Below, piece by piece: positions 9,387-27,068 of a stretch of 59,913 nucleotides of DNA. The stretch lies in contig CBFIHN010000003.1 of NCBI GenBank assembly GCA_965662575.1, positions 1-59,913 on the forward strand, given 5' to 3'. Origin of the DNA: Gammaproteobacteria bacterium (lineage in GTDB: Bacteria > Pseudomonadota > Gammaproteobacteria > Francisellales > CACEW01). The translations under genes and the position numbers were made by a program. A model generated the notes under the pieces. It was not told the DNA's origin. It saw only the letters and a program-made list of their open reading frames with translations, and did not search any database. Every line of letters starts with the position of its first letter. The stretch's first letter is position 1.

Positions 9387-12300
9387 TTAAAGTGGGGCGG
9401 GGCCAATATACAATGACAAAGATCCCTCATCCCCTGGTGCAACGTCTGGCCTACCAATGTTTTCTGGCTTGGGTTTATCATCAGCCAAGCTAACCAATGT
9501 TTTGTGGCAGGCATCCGCTATTTCATAAGAATTGGGTTTCTTAACAAAAGGGAGCCAAGAAAACAAATAAGACAGCCAACCTCGATGCTTAGTCAGTACT
9601 GATGATTGCTCTTTAAATTCACTATTAGCTTCTTTATAGCTAGCCTTAACAACTGTTTGACTGGCATAAAGAGTAGTTTCACCCTGTTTTTTTGAAAACA
9701 AAGCCAACGAATGATAGCGAGACTTCAAATTATCAAGATTATCGCCTGAGTCCTCCAAATCTGTTTTTGCTTCGTTATCTCCAGAGATTTTTATGCTTGG
9801 ATTGCGACTATCATCTTGATCAACAGTATCAGCGGTAGAAACAGAATCCTTGGAGTCTCTTCGACTCCGAGTCATTTTGAATAAGTCGCTTTGAGAATCA
9901 CTGTCCTTCCTCTTGGGCAAAGGGATATATGCTGCTACCGCTGCCTCCAATACATTCAATCCCTGAACAATCAATGCTTTAAGCTTCTCAACTTTCTGTT
10001 GCTGCAATTGATCTGTGCTTCCTTCTTTAGCGGCTTGGCAACAATAGCCAATCATTTTATCTATATTGCTTAGTGTATCAGACAAATCTTTTCTGCTAAT
10101 TTCTAGGCAGTCTTCATGGTTCTCTAAAATGCATTTAAGCAAGAGCCTGCCTATTTCACTTTTATTGTTTTCTCGAAATTCACTAGCATCCAGATAAGTG
10201 GCCAAATGTTGCTTGCCAATTTTTTCAGCCTCATTATACCCCATCAACTCGACCAAGTTCGGGATTTTTTGTAGGTATTGATTGAGCACTTTGCCAACCA
10301 ATTCAGTCAACTCATCTTGACTTTGTGGTCTTGGCAAAGACTTGATTATTTTGTCGAAAACTCCGCGAAATAATGTATTCCTAAAATAAGATTCTTTTTC
10401 TTTAATATTATTCGTCAATTGTTTGTGAAACTGTTGATATGCTCCTTGCTCTTTATGGCTAGCAACCATTGGATCTAATTCTTTAACATCCTTGATCTGT
10501 TTCCAGACATCGATAAGCTGATGCTCCTCGATTGTATTTAGCGTATTTCCCCATTGAGAGAAAAAACACCGAGCTTTTACTTGGTTAATTTCCCCCTGTG
10601 AAAGCTTTAGAGATTCAATACTCTCGCCATGGGTGATCATCTTCCTTGCCATATTAAATTTGACAATTTCCTGAAGATTCGGATTACCTGAGAGATGGTA
10701 ATATATTGCCGAAAGCTCAGGCAGAGGTAGAGAAATATCAAAAAAAACAGACTCATACCGAGCCAGCTTATAAGTGTTAACTAAATACTCTGCAAAGAGG
10801 TCAGGCTGGCTCATCTTATTTGCCATCCTGGTAAATACTGGTTGATCGTGTAGCTGGTAATTTTCTTTCTTATAAAGCTCAACATAACGCTTTACTGCGG
10901 ATTGCCTATAAGATTGCGCATCAAACGGTGAACATTTCGCTAAGCTAGCACTTTCCAGCCTATCGTATATTTTGCTTGTCTCAATTATCAAATGATCAAT
11001 CTCGACAATATCCTGTTCTGTTTTTTCAGACTTATGATGATAATGATCAAGCACTAACTTGTAGGCATAAAATTTGGCATCATCACTAAAATTTGCAACA
11101 ATTTCTTTTAACTTGCTTGAAGAATTCTTACCTTTGATTTGTTCAATCACTCCTTCAGGAGAAAAAATTTCTTTCAACACCTCAAGGCGTTGTTTATTCA
11201 AATGCTTTAAATATTTTGTTCCACTGAAATCCTTTAGCACCCCGATATCTAAATGTTGAACTGCTGCAACAAATTCTTTATCTACATTGTAGAGTTTTTT
11301 AATGCCATTTTCTATTAAAAATACTCGAGAATAATCCTGATGAGGAACATCATCCTTTGTACCATCGATTGCTTTAGCCATCAATGAGTAACTTGCTTGG
11401 TAATAATGATATTCACGATAAAAGCATTTCACCGCTTCGTTGTTTCTATCAATTGCTTCAGGAGCCCTTAATAATATGCAATGAATGTTTTCAAGGTTGT
11501 CCTTATCAAGCACACCAGGGTTGTTTGTGATTGACTCCTTTATTTTGTCAAGCAGTGCGGGCAAATAAATTGAAGCCCTGTCAATGTCAGGAGATTTTGT
11601 TATTTCCTTTAACTCGCCTAAATGCTGTAAAAAATTCTTCAAACAACTGTTAAGTTGGGTTTTATATCGTTCTTTTTCATCAGGCAGAGGCAGATTATCC
11701 AGTCCATTGAGTGAAAAGTTGAAAATATCTATGCTAGCTGAATATACATACTGGCTAAATTGCGGTGAAATTGGAAATTTTTCATCTTTTGCGATCTCTT
11801 CAAGATAAAGACTTAAATTTCTGTAGGCACGCGAACATCTTTCACTGATTGTCATTATGCCTTGATTATTATTGGGAGTTGTCCGAAAACAAGTTAAAGG
11901 ATTATTTTGTTTATCATCTTGGTCTTTCTCAGGGTTATCCTTTAGTTTATTTTCGGACAATTCCTTGAGATTGTTAATATGCCTGATAATTAAATCATTA
12001 AGTCGAGGCAAACTGGCAAAATCACTCTCTGTTGGGAATTCTTTGTTGCATGCTAAAGGAATCAAGACCCTAAAAGCGTCTTCGAATAAATGATCCATTG
12101 AATGATTTTGAGAAATGAGGTTGGACCAAATGATATCTTCCCGAGTATTTTCATAAACAAAAACCGATGCATATTGATAGATATTGGGCCCGCCGTTATC
12201 AACTTTTCGAACTAAAAATAAGGAGCCTTGCTTTATTGCCTTAATAATATACGGAGGGTATTCAAAATCAGATGGCGTAGATTCTTCTGAGGTTAAATAC

Positions 12301-12884
12301 AAACCAGGGACTGACAACGTGTGCTGCAACTGTTTTATCCGCCATAAATATTCTACTTCTTTACATCCCTGGATTTTAAGTGAAAAAGTTTCAAATCTAT
12401 CACGGTCAAATAGTTGAGTAAAGTCTAAAATTTTCCCGTTTTTATCAATACCTCGCAAAATTTTATCAGCCATTTTTACGTGGAAATCCTTAACCTCACT
12501 CCGAGCAATAGACTGCAAAATCCGCCGACAAATCAAGTCTCTCATCTCGTCACTGAGTCTTGGATAATCACGCCAAGCTTGCTGAACTTTCGGATCTAGC
12601 AATGACCCTGGTGTCAGAGTAGATAAAATATCATCTGGACAACAGAATGCCATTTGGCAATTTGTCAGGGCAGCTACATTTAAAGACAAATGATCATCGG
12701 AGGAGGGAGTCTCATCCTGAACTGCTTCTAATTTCGCTACTTCCTCAATCCGCTCTGCAAATAGATTTGAAAGCCGGAAATAGCAGTCTGAACTGTCGGC
12801 TGATTGTTTATTTTTATCAGTAATAGACCTAGCTTTAGTAACCATTGACAGATTCTCAAGACTAGTACGTGATGCTCTAAACAT
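9387..12884 (-). CDS. Very large orphan protein (1165 aa), function unknown; candidate secreted/translocated effector
   Basis: Uninterrupted ORF. ATG 12884 is preceded by AAGGAGG with a 5-nt spacer; the ORF track starts two codons earlier at GTG 12890. No Walker A, signal peptide, TM segment or known catalytic motif recognised. Much lower G+C than its flanks. Confidence 0.8.
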   Translation of the reverse strand: MFRASRTSLENLSMVTKARSITDKNKQSADSSDCYFRLSNLFAERIEEVAKLEAVQDETPSSDDHLSLNVAALTNCQMAFCCPDDILSTLTPGSLLDPKVQQAWRDYPRLSDEMRDLICRRILQSIARSEVKDFHVKMADKILRGIDKNGKILDFTQLFDRDRFETFSLKIQGCKEVEYLWRIKQLQHTLSVPGLYLTSEESTPSDFEYPPYIIKAIKQGSLFLVRKVDNGGPNIYQYASVFVYENTREDIIWSNLISQNHSMDHLFEDAFRVLIPLACNKEFPTESDFASLPRLNDLIIRHINNLKELSENKLKDNPEKDQDDKQNNPLTCFRTTPNNNQGIMTISERCSRAYRNLSLYLEEIAKDEKFPISPQFSQYVYSASIDIFNFSLNGLDNLPLPDEKERYKTQLNSCLKNFLQHLGELKEITKSPDIDRASIYLPALLDKIKESITNNPGVLDKDNLENIHCILLRAPEAIDRNNEAVKCFYREYHYYQASYSLMAKAIDGTKDDVPHQDYSRVFLIENGIKKLYNVDKEFVAAVQHLDIGVLKDFSGTKYLKHLNKQRLEVLKEIFSPEGVIEQIKGKNSSSKLKEIVANFSDDAKFYAYKLVLDHYHHKSEKTEQDIVEIDHLIIETSKIYDRLESASLAKCSPFDAQSYRQSAVKRYVELYKKENYQLHDQPVFTRMANKMSQPDLFAEYLVNTYKLARYESVFFDISLPLPELSAIYYHLSGNPNLQEIVKFNMARKMITHGESIESLKLSQGEINQVKARCFFSQWGNTLNTIEEHQLIDVWKQIKDVKELDPMVASHKEQGAYQQFHKQLTNNIKEKESYFRNTLFRGVFDKIIKSLPRPQSQDELTELVGKVLNQYLQKIPNLVELMGYNEAEKIGKQHLATYLDASEFRENNKSEIGRLLLKCILENHEDCLEISRKDLSDTLSNIDKMIGYCCQAAKEGSTDQLQQQKVEKLKALIVQGLNVLEAAVAAYIPLPKRKDSDSQSDLFKMTRSRRDSKDSVSTADTVDQDDSRNPSIKISGDNEAKTDLEDSGDNLDNLKSRYHSLALFSKKQGETTLYASQTVVKASYKEANSEFKEQSSVLTKHRGWLSYLFSWLPFVKKPNSYEIADACHKTLVSLADDKPKPENIGRPDVAPGDEGSLSLYIGPAPL

Positions 12885-13075
12885 AACCACCTCCTTTTGT
12901 TACGTTTTAGAAACTAACATAAAGCAGACTATACAATAATTCACCATCATGCAATTCTTTTTTGTAACAAAACTGTCGTCAACACAACCCATTTAACACA
13001 GCAACCATCCCCGCAGATGATTTTGCGGGGATATTCGGGTTAAGATAGCACCATGATCTTTCACCTCCTGATACC

Positions 13076-15857
<2,782 letters not shown>

Positions 15858-15904
15858 ACCATCCTGCGGCAAGCAACAAACTACTGATGACCACAGCTTG
15901 CTGA

Positions 15905-18688
15905 TTATTGACTCTCTTTGATTGCCTGTTGCGTTGCCACAATAACCTCAAGCAAATTGTTGTAAGCTTCAGTGACCTTCTGTGTTAGCAACCGTTCAGT
16001 CGTCAATAGCATCTCCAATTGCTGACTGGCCTGACGCAGTGCCGGCGTGCCGCAATAACAACAAGCCCCATGAAGACGATGCGCAATATCGTGGACTTGG
16101 TCCAATGCCCGATTTTGCCAAGCCTGCTGTAAACCTGCGAGATCTTGGTCAAGCTCCTTATTTAACAATACCAGCATCTCATTAGCCGCGTCATTATTGC
16201 CACCAGCAAGATTTTTTCCTTGCTCTAAATCAATAATTTTTAACTCATCCAAAGCCGCGGTTGTGACGGGTAAATGATGTAAATCAGACGCGACTTGCCC
16301 CAAATCATTCCGACACCAAGTTCGTAACAATTGGCGCAACTGCGTTTGGCTAATTGGTTTTTTTTGATAGTCATTAAAGCCTGAATCAATCAGTCGCTGC
16401 TGCTGACCGTGAAGCACATCAGCTGTCAACGCGATAATGGGTGTTGTCTGCTGATTAGCCAAACCTCGAATCATTTGCATCGCAGCAGTGCCATCCATCT
16501 TCGGCATCTGCAAATCCATTAAAATCAAGTCAAAGTGCTGTTGTTTCGCAAACGCAACGGCCTGTTCACCATCACTGGCTGTTGTTACCACAACGCCAAA
16601 TTTCTCCAGCAAAAGTTTAACCAACTTGAGATTTGCTGGATGATCATCAACCACCAAAACTTTTGCATTAACTGCCTCGTGATGCTCATCATGAGCAAGG
16701 TTTTGCTGTTGATGGGGATATTCAACCCCCAAAGCGAGACAAACAATCGCAAATAACCTACGCTCAGAAAATGGCTTGCTCAACCAAAACTGCAAGCCCT
16801 GTTGGGCAACATATTCTGCCAGAGTCAACTCATCACAGCAGTCCATAATAATGGTATTATGCGGCAGAAGGGGAAGTAAGCGCCGCTCAAAGTCGGCTAG
16901 CAATTCGGGTTGTTGTGGTTTAGTCAGCATCACTAAATCAAATGCCTGATCGATTTTATCTGCTACCGCCTCCCAGCAATTCACTGCGGTGACATTGATT
17001 CCCTGCGCCTCTAAACTTTGCATCAAATTCAACCGTGCCGGCGCAAAAGCATCACAAATCAACACGGTTTTATGTTGTAATTCCATCATTTGCAATGGCG
17101 CACCACCCAAAGATGTTGCAACCGGGAGATAAAAGAAAAATTCAGATCCTTTGCCTGCCTCACCCTTTGCATCAATCGTGCCGCCCATCAATTCAACCAA
17201 ATTTTTACAAACGACCAACCCCAGGCCCGTACCGCCAAAACGTCGTGTGGTTGAACTATCACCCTGGCTGAATGCCTGAAACAAATGTGACCTGGTATCA
17301 TCGCTGATACCAATGCCGGTATCTTGAATTGAAAACTTTAACTGCACGCGATCAGACTGTTCTTGCTCTAATTGAACACGCAGCGTCACGCTACCCACTG
17401 GGGTGAACTTAATCGCATTCGCCACGAGGTTAGTTAAAATCTGGGTTAAACGCAGTGGATCAATCTCAATAAAACCCGGGACATCTGCATAAACTAACAG
17501 TGCCAATTCGATGTTTTTTTGTTGTGCACTGGGTGCAAGCAATGCGATAACATCTTCCAACGTCTGCTTCAGATTGGTACTCACCGGGTGAATATCCAGC
17601 TTACCGGCTTCAATTTTTGAAAAGTCGAGGATGTCATTAATAATCGTCATCAAATTCTGGCCTGAACGCCGAATAGTGGTGAGATAATCTAACTGCGTTG
17701 GATCAGTTTTTGTACTAAGCAATAAGTCTGTAAAACCCAAGATAGCATTCATCGGCGTGCGAATTTCATGACTCATATTGGCCAAGAACTCAGACTTGGC
17801 CTGATTAGCAATGGTTGATTGCTCGCGTGCTTCTTCTAACTGTTGGTTTTGTCGCTCAATCGTTTGCACTGTTTGCCGTAATTTTGCTGTCGCCTGATCA
17901 ATACTCCGTTGCATCTGCTCTTGATTATTTTCCAGTGCGGTTGCCATTTGGTTAACGCCAGACTTCAGTGTTGCTAACTCTGCCGTCATGGCACCATTGA
18001 CCCGGGCAGAAAAATCTCCCTGAGCAATACGATCAGCAACATGGCTGGTTTCCAGTATTGGCTGCACTAAGCGACGACCTAATCGAATGGCAAATAATGT
18101 GCTAATCACCAAACTTAAAATAACCAATAACCAAGTGAAAAACATTTCCTTATATTCTGCCAAAACGGTTTTGCTCGTACTCAGACTAATCACTGCCCAA
18201 CCCAGCGTCTGACGACAACTCGGCAAATGTGACTGACCCAATGCCTCCAGCACACTACCTTCTGGTGTGCCTTTCAGTTGAGTCATGCCGATATGGCGGA
18301 TAAACAAAACTCGGTTATGCCGATTGAGCTTGAGGGTATCGCTAGTGTCACTCAGCTGTTGCCTCAATTGGCTATGGCTTAATGGCAAAGGTTCCCCCAT
18401 TTGTGCGATAACTTGTTGATCACCATTGAGAATGACAATACTGCGCAAGTTATCCTCTTTGGAAAATATCATCTCGGTTATTTGTTTAATGAGTTGTGCA
18501 TTGTTCACAATCAATGCGCCACGAATACTCGGCGCAATAAAACGACTAATACTATCGCCCTCCGTGGCAAGGTGCTTTTGAATATAGCTTGATAGGTTAT
18601 TAACCGAGTAAACACCCAATAAAATGGCGATCAATAATGCGGGGAGTAAACTGAGCAATAGCACGCGTGCGCGCAAATTGAGTTTCAT
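15905..18688 (-). CDS. Hybrid sensor histidine kinase, BarA/GacS/LetS family
   Basis: 927 aa. Two TM segments plus HAMP, H-box [21 protein letters not shown], HATPase GTGLGL, receiver domain [11 protein letters not shown]...[13 protein letters not shown] and C-terminal HPt [11 protein letters not shown]. Confidence 0.88.
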   Translation of the reverse strand: MKLNLRARVLLLSLLPALLIAILLGVYSVNNLSSYIQKHLATEGDSISRFIAPSIRGALIVNNAQLIKQITEMIFSKEDNLRSIVILNGDQQVIAQMGEPLPLSHSQLRQQLSDTSDTLKLNRHNRVLFIRHIGMTQLKGTPEGSVLEALGQSHLPSCRQTLGWAVISLSTSKTVLAEYKEMFFTWLLVILSLVISTLFAIRLGRRLVQPILETSHVADRIAQGDFSARVNGAMTAELATLKSGVNQMATALENNQEQMQRSIDQATAKLRQTVQTIERQNQQLEEAREQSTIANQAKSEFLANMSHEIRTPMNAILGFTDLLLSTKTDPTQLDYLTTIRRSGQNLMTIINDILDFSKIEAGKLDIHPVSTNLKQTLEDVIALLAPSAQQKNIELALLVYADVPGFIEIDPLRLTQILTNLVANAIKFTPVGSVTLRVQLEQEQSDRVQLKFSIQDTGIGISDDTRSHLFQAFSQGDSSTTRRFGGTGLGLVVCKNLVELMGGTIDAKGEAGKGSEFFFYLPVATSLGGAPLQMMELQHKTVLICDAFAPARLNLMQSLEAQGINVTAVNCWEAVADKIDQAFDLVMLTKPQQPELLADFERRLLPLLPHNTIIMDCCDELTLAEYVAQQGLQFWLSKPFSERRLFAIVCLALGVEYPHQQQNLAHDEHHEAVNAKVLVVDDHPANLKLVKLLLEKFGVVVTTASDGEQAVAFAKQQHFDLILMDLQMPKMDGTAAMQMIRGLANQQTTPIIALTADVLHGQQQRLIDSGFNDYQKKPISQTQLRQLLRTWCRNDLGQVASDLHHLPVTTAALDELKIIDLEQGKNLAGGNNDAANEMLVLLNKELDQDLAGLQQAWQNRALDQVHDIAHRLHGACCYCGTPALRQASQQLEMLLTTERLLTQKVTEAYNNLLEVIVATQQAIKESQ

Positions 18689-19326
18689 GTTTTTCCCCGC
18701 CTATAAGCTAAAATAAATTCGATTAATGGCGGTAAGATCGAGATAAAAATAATGGCCAGGATGACAATAGGGAAAAAACGTTGCACCCACGGCAAATTAC
18801 CGAACCAGTAGCTGAGATAAACCAACGAGCACACCCAAATCAACGCAGCAGCAATACTAAAAAAAACAAAACGTTTATAAGTCATATTGCCAACACCTGC
18901 AACAAAGGGTGCAAAGGTACGGATAATGGGTACAAAACGTGCAATGATTAAGGTTTTGCCACCGTAACGCTCATAAAACTGATGCGTACGCTCGAGATAT
19001 TCGCGCCGCAACCAACGGGTTTGATTATGAAAAACTTTCGGTCCAACCCAACGGCCAATCCAATAGTTACAATTATCACCACAAATGGCCGCAGCGATTA
19101 ATGTTATCACCAAGGTATGTACGTTAAGATGACTACTAGCAAACACAGCACCTGCAGCGAATAATAATGAATCTCCGGGTAAAAACGGTGTGATCACTAA
19201 ACCCGTTTCACAAAAGACAATCATAAACAAAAAAGCGTAAACCCAATTGCCATATTCGTTTACCCATTGCCCAAGATGGACATTCAGATGCAAGATAAAA
19301 TCAATCAAAGTCAGTAAGTGCTGCAT
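18685..19326 (-). CDS. DedA/VTT-family inner membrane protein
   Basis: 213 aa. [14 protein letters not shown] and [23 protein letters not shown] motifs are typical of DedA proteins. 4-nt overlap with the downstream kinase gene. Confidence 0.85.
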   Translation of the reverse strand: MQHLLTLIDFILHLNVHLGQWVNEYGNWVYAFLFMIVFCETGLVITPFLPGDSLLFAAGAVFASSHLNVHTLVITLIAAAICGDNCNYWIGRWVGPKVFHNQTRWLRREYLERTHQFYERYGGKTLIIARFVPIIRTFAPFVAGVGNMTYKRFVFFSIAAALIWVCSLVYLSYWFGNLPWVQRFFPIVILAIIFISILPPLIEFILAYRRGKT

Positions 19327-19541
19327 AACGTTAGGTTAAATTGCGATACCATTATTCTATAGCAGCTGGTATTGGTTTAACACCACTCAGACCTACGGCA
19401 TTGGCAAAAGCCCCCTACAATTTGATTAATCCGTTGGAGACGCTTTGGATACCATCAGCATTAGCAGCGACCCGAAACAGGCAAAAAAGACGACTTTGCG
19501 CAAGACCCATCGGTAAATTCCAATTTATATCCCCTTGCTTA

Positions 19542-19570
19542 TTGCTTGTAGGTGTTGAAATTCGTATACT
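19542..19570 (+). promoter_or_regulatory. Putative sigma-70 promoter of the atp operon
   Basis: TTGCTT (19542-19547), a 17-nt spacer, then TATACT (19565-19570), about 30 nt upstream of the atpI GTG. Sequence pattern only. Confidence 0.3.
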
Positions 19571-19598
19571 TTAGGTATCAAATGTATCATCCCATTCT

Positions 19599-21085
<1,487 letters not shown>

Positions 21086-21107
21086 GATTTAAGGCGAGCG
21101 CGATTTT

Positions 21108-21584
21108 ATGAATATCAATATCACTCTAATCGGCCAGTTAATCACCTTTATTTTATTTGTGATTTTCACCATGAAACTGGTATGGCCGCCGATTATGCGT
21201 GCTTTGAAAGAACGCCAGCAAAAGATTGCCGAAGGTCTTGCTGCGGCTAAACAGGGCGAACGTGAGCTGGAAATTGCTGAGCGTAAAGCTAAAGCCATTA
21301 TTACCGAAGCGCGCGAACAAGCATCTGTCATTATTAAACAAGCCAATCATCGTGCACATCAAATTGATGAGCAAGCGCAACTGGATGCCCGTAATCTCGC
21401 CGAACATATGCGCCGTCATGCGGAAGAAGAAATCGCACAGAAAATGAATTCTGCACAAGAACAACTACAGCAACATGTCATTGAACTGACCTTACAAGCT
21501 ACAGGTAAATTATTACGCCGTGAAGTGAATCAGGCCTACAACGACGAACTAGCCAAAGAATTGGCAGGAGAGTTTCGCGCATGA
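21108..21584 (+). CDS. atpF: F0F1 ATP synthase subunit b
   Basis: 158 aa. N-terminal TM helix followed by a long charged helix ([22 protein letters not shown]). Confidence 0.9.
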   Translation: MNINITLIGQLITFILFVIFTMKLVWPPIMRALKERQQKIAEGLAAAKQGERELEIAERKAKAIITEAREQASVIIKQANHRAHQIDEQAQLDARNLAEHMRRHAEEEIAQKMNSAQEQLQQHVIELTLQATGKLLRREVNQAYNDELAKELAGEFRA

Positions 21585-22102
21585 GCAAAACAATTGCTCG
21601 AGCTTATGTCAAAGCATTGCTTGAACTGGGTGATTCAAAACAGTGGTTAGATGCTTTAAAGTCATTGGTAGAGCTAGTGAGCACACCTGAATTACAGGCT
21701 GCATTGAATGCGCCGGTAGTAGACCAGAAGCAACTGGCTGCATGCCTCAAAACTTTTTGTATTGACCAGCATGTTGATGGTTTGATTGATATTTTGGCAC
21801 AACATCGGCGTTTGGCATTGATCAATAGCATTTATCAACTATTTATCGAAGAACTGCAAAAACAGCATGGCGTACAAAAAGCAGAAATGACCACAGCGAT
21901 GCCGTTAACCGAGGCATTGCAAAAATCAATTAGTGCTAGCTTGGCAACCGATCAAGGCCGTCTGGAAGTCAGCTACCAAGTGAACCCAGACTTGCTAGCC
22001 GGTGGTGTGCTGCGTATTGGTGATCAAGTCATTGATGGCTCACTACAAACGCAATTAAAACAACTTCGCACGCAATTACGTAATCAGCAGATTGTTGTAT
22101 AA
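21581..22102 (+). CDS. atpH: F0F1 ATP synthase subunit delta
   Basis: 173 aa. OSCP-like, with C-terminal [22 protein letters not shown]. Assignment supported by operon position. Confidence 0.88.
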   Translation: MSKTIARAYVKALLELGDSKQWLDALKSLVELVSTPELQAALNAPVVDQKQLAACLKTFCIDQHVDGLIDILAQHRRLALINSIYQLFIEELQKQHGVQKAEMTTAMPLTEALQKSISASLATDQGRLEVSYQVNPDLLAGGVLRIGDQVIDGSLQTQLKQLRTQLRNQQIVV

Positions 22103-22115
22103 AAAGGAACAACCG

Positions 22116-23657
22116 ATGACATTAAATCCCAGTGAAATCACCGATATTCTGAAAAAGAAAATTAGTAACTTCGACTTTTCTGCCGAAGTACGCACCGAGG
22201 GCACAGTCATCAGCGCTCGAGACGGGATTATTCGCGTTTATGGTTTAACCAAGGTTGCTTATGGCGAAGTCATTGCCTTTTCTGAAGACTGTTATGGCAT
22301 TGCCTTAAATCTGGAACAAGACACTGTGTCAGTCGTGGTGCTCGGTGATGCTGAAGGCATTAGCGAAGGACAAAAAGTACAATGCACCGGTCGTATCATC
22401 GACGTACCAGTCGGTGAGGCCCTTTTAGGGCGTGTAGTTGATGCGTTGGGCAACCCAATTGATGGCAAAGGCCCTGTTGAAACAAAAGAACGTGCCCCAG
22501 TAGAAAAGGTTGCACCGGGAGTCATCACACGTAAAAGTGTTGACCAACCACTACAAACCGGCCTGAAAGCTATCGACGCAATGGTGCCCATCGGTCGTGG
22601 CCAGCGGGAATTGATTATTGGTGATCGTCAAACCGGCAAAACCGCGGTTGCTGTTGATGCAATCATTAACCAACGGGACACCGGAGTGAAATGCATTTAT
22701 GTCGCCATTGGCCAAAAAGCCTCCTCCGTTGCGGGTGTGGTACGCAAACTTGAAGAACATGACGCACTTAAGCACACCATCGTGGTGGTTGCCAGCGCCA
22801 GTGAGGCAGCAGCACTGCAATATTTAGCCCCGTATAGTGGTTGCACCATGGGTGAGTATTTCCGTGATCGTGGTGATGATGCGCTGATTGTTTACGATGA
22901 CCTAACCAAACAAGCCTGGGCCTATCGTCAAATTTCCCTATTACTTCGCCGCCCACCAGGGCGCGAAGCGTATCCTGGTGATGTTTTCTATTTGCATTCT
23001 CGCTTGCTTGAACGTGCAGCACGTGTTAATGAAGATTATGTTGAAGAAATGACCAAAGGTGCTGTGCGTGGTCGTACCGGCTCATTGACCGCCCTACCAA
23101 TTATTGAAACCCAGGCAGGAGATATTTCTGCATTTATTCCAACTAACGTCATTTCAATTACCGATGGTCAAATTTTCTTAGAGACCGGGTTATTTAACGC
23201 CGGAGTTCGACCCGCCATTAATGCTGGGGCATCCGTCTCCCGTGTCGGTGGCGCAGCACAGACTAAAATTATTAAAAAATTAGGTGGTGGCGTGCGCTTA
23301 AGCTTGGCACAATATCGTGAACTAGAAGCCTTTGCACAGTTTGCCTCTGACTTAGATGAAGCAACTCGCAAACAATTAGAACGTGGTCAGCGCGTCACTG
23401 AACTAACCAAGCAAAAACAATACGCCCCCTTATCGGTATCTGAAATGGCAGTGTCCTTGTATGCTGCAGAAAAAGGCTTCTTAGATGACTTACAATTAAC
23501 CGATGTGGTGCCATTTGAAAAAGCACTACATGCCTACATGAATGATCAGCAAGCAAATTTGATGAAGCAAATTGATAACAAACCTGAATTAACTGCCGAC
23601 GTTGATGAAGCCTTACGCCATGCACTGCAAGATTTTGTCAAGACACAAACTTGGTAA
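22116..23657 (+). CDS. atpA: F0F1 ATP synthase subunit alpha
   Basis: Walker [12 protein letters not shown] 22116 lies after an AAGGA site and just past the atpH stop; the ORF track begins at TTG 22092. Confidence 0.97.
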   Translation: MTLNPSEITDILKKKISNFDFSAEVRTEGTVISARDGIIRVYGLTKVAYGEVIAFSEDCYGIALNLEQDTVSVVVLGDAEGISEGQKVQCTGRIIDVPVGEALLGRVVDALGNPIDGKGPVETKERAPVEKVAPGVITRKSVDQPLQTGLKAIDAMVPIGRGQRELIIGDRQTGKTAVAVDAIINQRDTGVKCIYVAIGQKASSVAGVVRKLEEHDALKHTIVVVASASEAAALQYLAPYSGCTMGEYFRDRGDDALIVYDDLTKQAWAYRQISLLLRRPPGREAYPGDVFYLHSRLLERAARVNEDYVEEMTKGAVRGRTGSLTALPIIETQAGDISAFIPTNVISITDGQIFLETGLFNAGVRPAINAGASVSRVGGAAQTKIIKKLGGGVRLSLAQYRELEAFAQFASDLDEATRKQLERGQRVTELTKQKQYAPLSVSEMAVSLYAAEKGFLDDLQLTDVVPFEKALHAYMNDQQANLMKQIDNKPELTADVDEALRHALQDFVKTQTW

Positions 23658-23663
23658 CGATTG

Positions 23664-25995
<2,332 letters not shown>

Positions 25996-26165
25996 CTATT
26001 TAGTCCCATTCCTGTTGAAAAGTCATGGTCGCGGACACAGAGACTCCAGTAGCTTGATTGCTACATGGTCAAACATTGATCTGAGAAATCTGGATTCCCG
26101 CCTGTGTGAGAATGACGTTTTGGGGAGATAAGTCAACTAGAAAAAGTTAGCGACTAAGGTAAATT

Positions 26166-26594
26166 ATGTCAGAAAAACTATTACAACTTGATGTCGTCAG
26201 CCCAGAAGGTGAAGTCTATTCTGGCAAAGTTTGTCGTGTTACTGCGAAAGGAACGGAGGGTGAGATCGGTATTGAACCCGGTCATGCGCAGCTATTAACC
26301 AGTTTGGCGCCAAGCACCCTACGTATTGAACTGACTTCAGGTAAAGAAGAACTGCTATATGTCTGTGGTGGCACCTTAGAAATTCAACCAGACCATGTGA
26401 TTGTACTGGCTGATACTGTCGAACGTCCGCAAGATGTCAATGAAGCAGAAGCAAAACGTGCGCAGGAACACGCACGCAAGCTTCTTGCAAATAAAGGAGA
26501 CATTGATTACCAACAAACCTATCAAGAGCTCAATGAAGCATTAGCGAAGATTCGGTTGTTGGAGTTAGTCAGAAACCAAAAAATGGGCCGATAG
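26166..26594 (+). CDS. atpC: F0F1 ATP synthase subunit epsilon
   Basis: 142 aa. LQLDVVSPEGEVYSG beta-sandwich N-terminus followed by a helical C-terminus. Confidence 0.93.
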   Translation: MSEKLLQLDVVSPEGEVYSGKVCRVTAKGTEGEIGIEPGHAQLLTSLAPSTLRIELTSGKEELLYVCGGTLEIQPDHVIVLADTVERPQDVNEAEAKRAQEHARKLLANKGDIDYQQTYQELNEALAKIRLLELVRNQKMGR

Positions 26595-26601
26595 CGTCGG
26601 C

Positions 26602-26943
26602 TTAAGCGCAATAAGCCCCGCCAGGAATACCACTCCAACCTTCAAGAGTATTACATTCCACTTTAATCGGTGTACTGGAATTTTCTGGCTTTATAATCAC
26701 TGTATTTTTACCATAATCTGATAGAATAATTTTGGTTTTAGAAGAAGCTGTTTGCTGCAGCATCTCACCAGAATCAACTTGATATGCTCCATTGACTAAT
26801 TTAATACAGCCAGGTGCTGGGTTGGCATTTTTTGTGACAGTAACACCGCTAATTGTTACGCATTGACCATGATCATTTGCATAGACTCCCATAGCGCCTG
26901 TCATATACAAAGCAGCTATAGAGCCACATAAAATTTTTTTCAT
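26602..26943 (-). CDS. Small secreted Cys-containing protein, function unknown
   Basis: ATG 26943 is preceded by GGGAG with a 5-nt spacer. Signal peptide MKKILCGSIAALYMTGAMGVYA, then a ~90-aa mature part with 4 Cys. No family recognised. Confidence 0.55.
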   Translation of the reverse strand: MKKILCGSIAALYMTGAMGVYANDHGQCVTISGVTVTKNANPAPGCIKLVNGAYQVDSGEMLQQTASSKTKIILSDYGKNTVIIKPENSSTPIKVECNTLEGWSGIPGGAYCA

Positions 26944-27014
26944 AAAAACTCCCACAATTTTCTATTTGTTCATAAAAAGCCTAGTTGGCTTATGGTCATT
27001 GTGCAAATTTTTTT

Positions 27015-27042
27015 ACAAAAAAAACCCGGATATTCCCGGGTT
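27015..27042 (-). terminator. Rho-independent terminator downstream of the DUF378 gene
   Basis: On the minus strand, a 7-bp stem AACCCGG/CCGGGTT (27023-27029 / 27036-27042) is followed by a run of 8 or more T. It lies 27 nt past the stop codon. Confidence 0.6.
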
Positions 27043-27068
27043 CTTAATGCGAATATTAATCGTGGGGT

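Noticed and set aside
9891-12417. Several 60-77 aa + strand ORFs (9891-10073, 11074-11259, 11584-11808, 11872-12093, 12184-12417) inside the giant minus-strand gene. Similar antisense ORFs occur inside RHS, carB, atpA, relA and ligA.
   Set aside because: These are shadow ORFs antisense to long, well-supported genes. They have no ribosome-binding sites and low-complexity or implausible sequences.
15867-15903. Weak stem (CGGCAAGC ... GCTTGCTG) between the convergent ligA and sensor kinase genes, considered as a bidirectional terminator.
   Set aside because: It has a 21-nt loop, one mismatch and no flanking T/A runs, so it is too weak to call. The same applies to the GGGTGG/CCACCC hairpin at 55549-55564 downstream of rsgA, which lacks a U-tract.
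19341-19574. 77-aa ORF in the dedA-atpI intergenic region.
   Set aside because: It overlaps the predicted atp promoter, has no ribosome-binding site and has an Arg/Leu/Pro-rich implausible sequence. It is likely non-coding promoter DNA.
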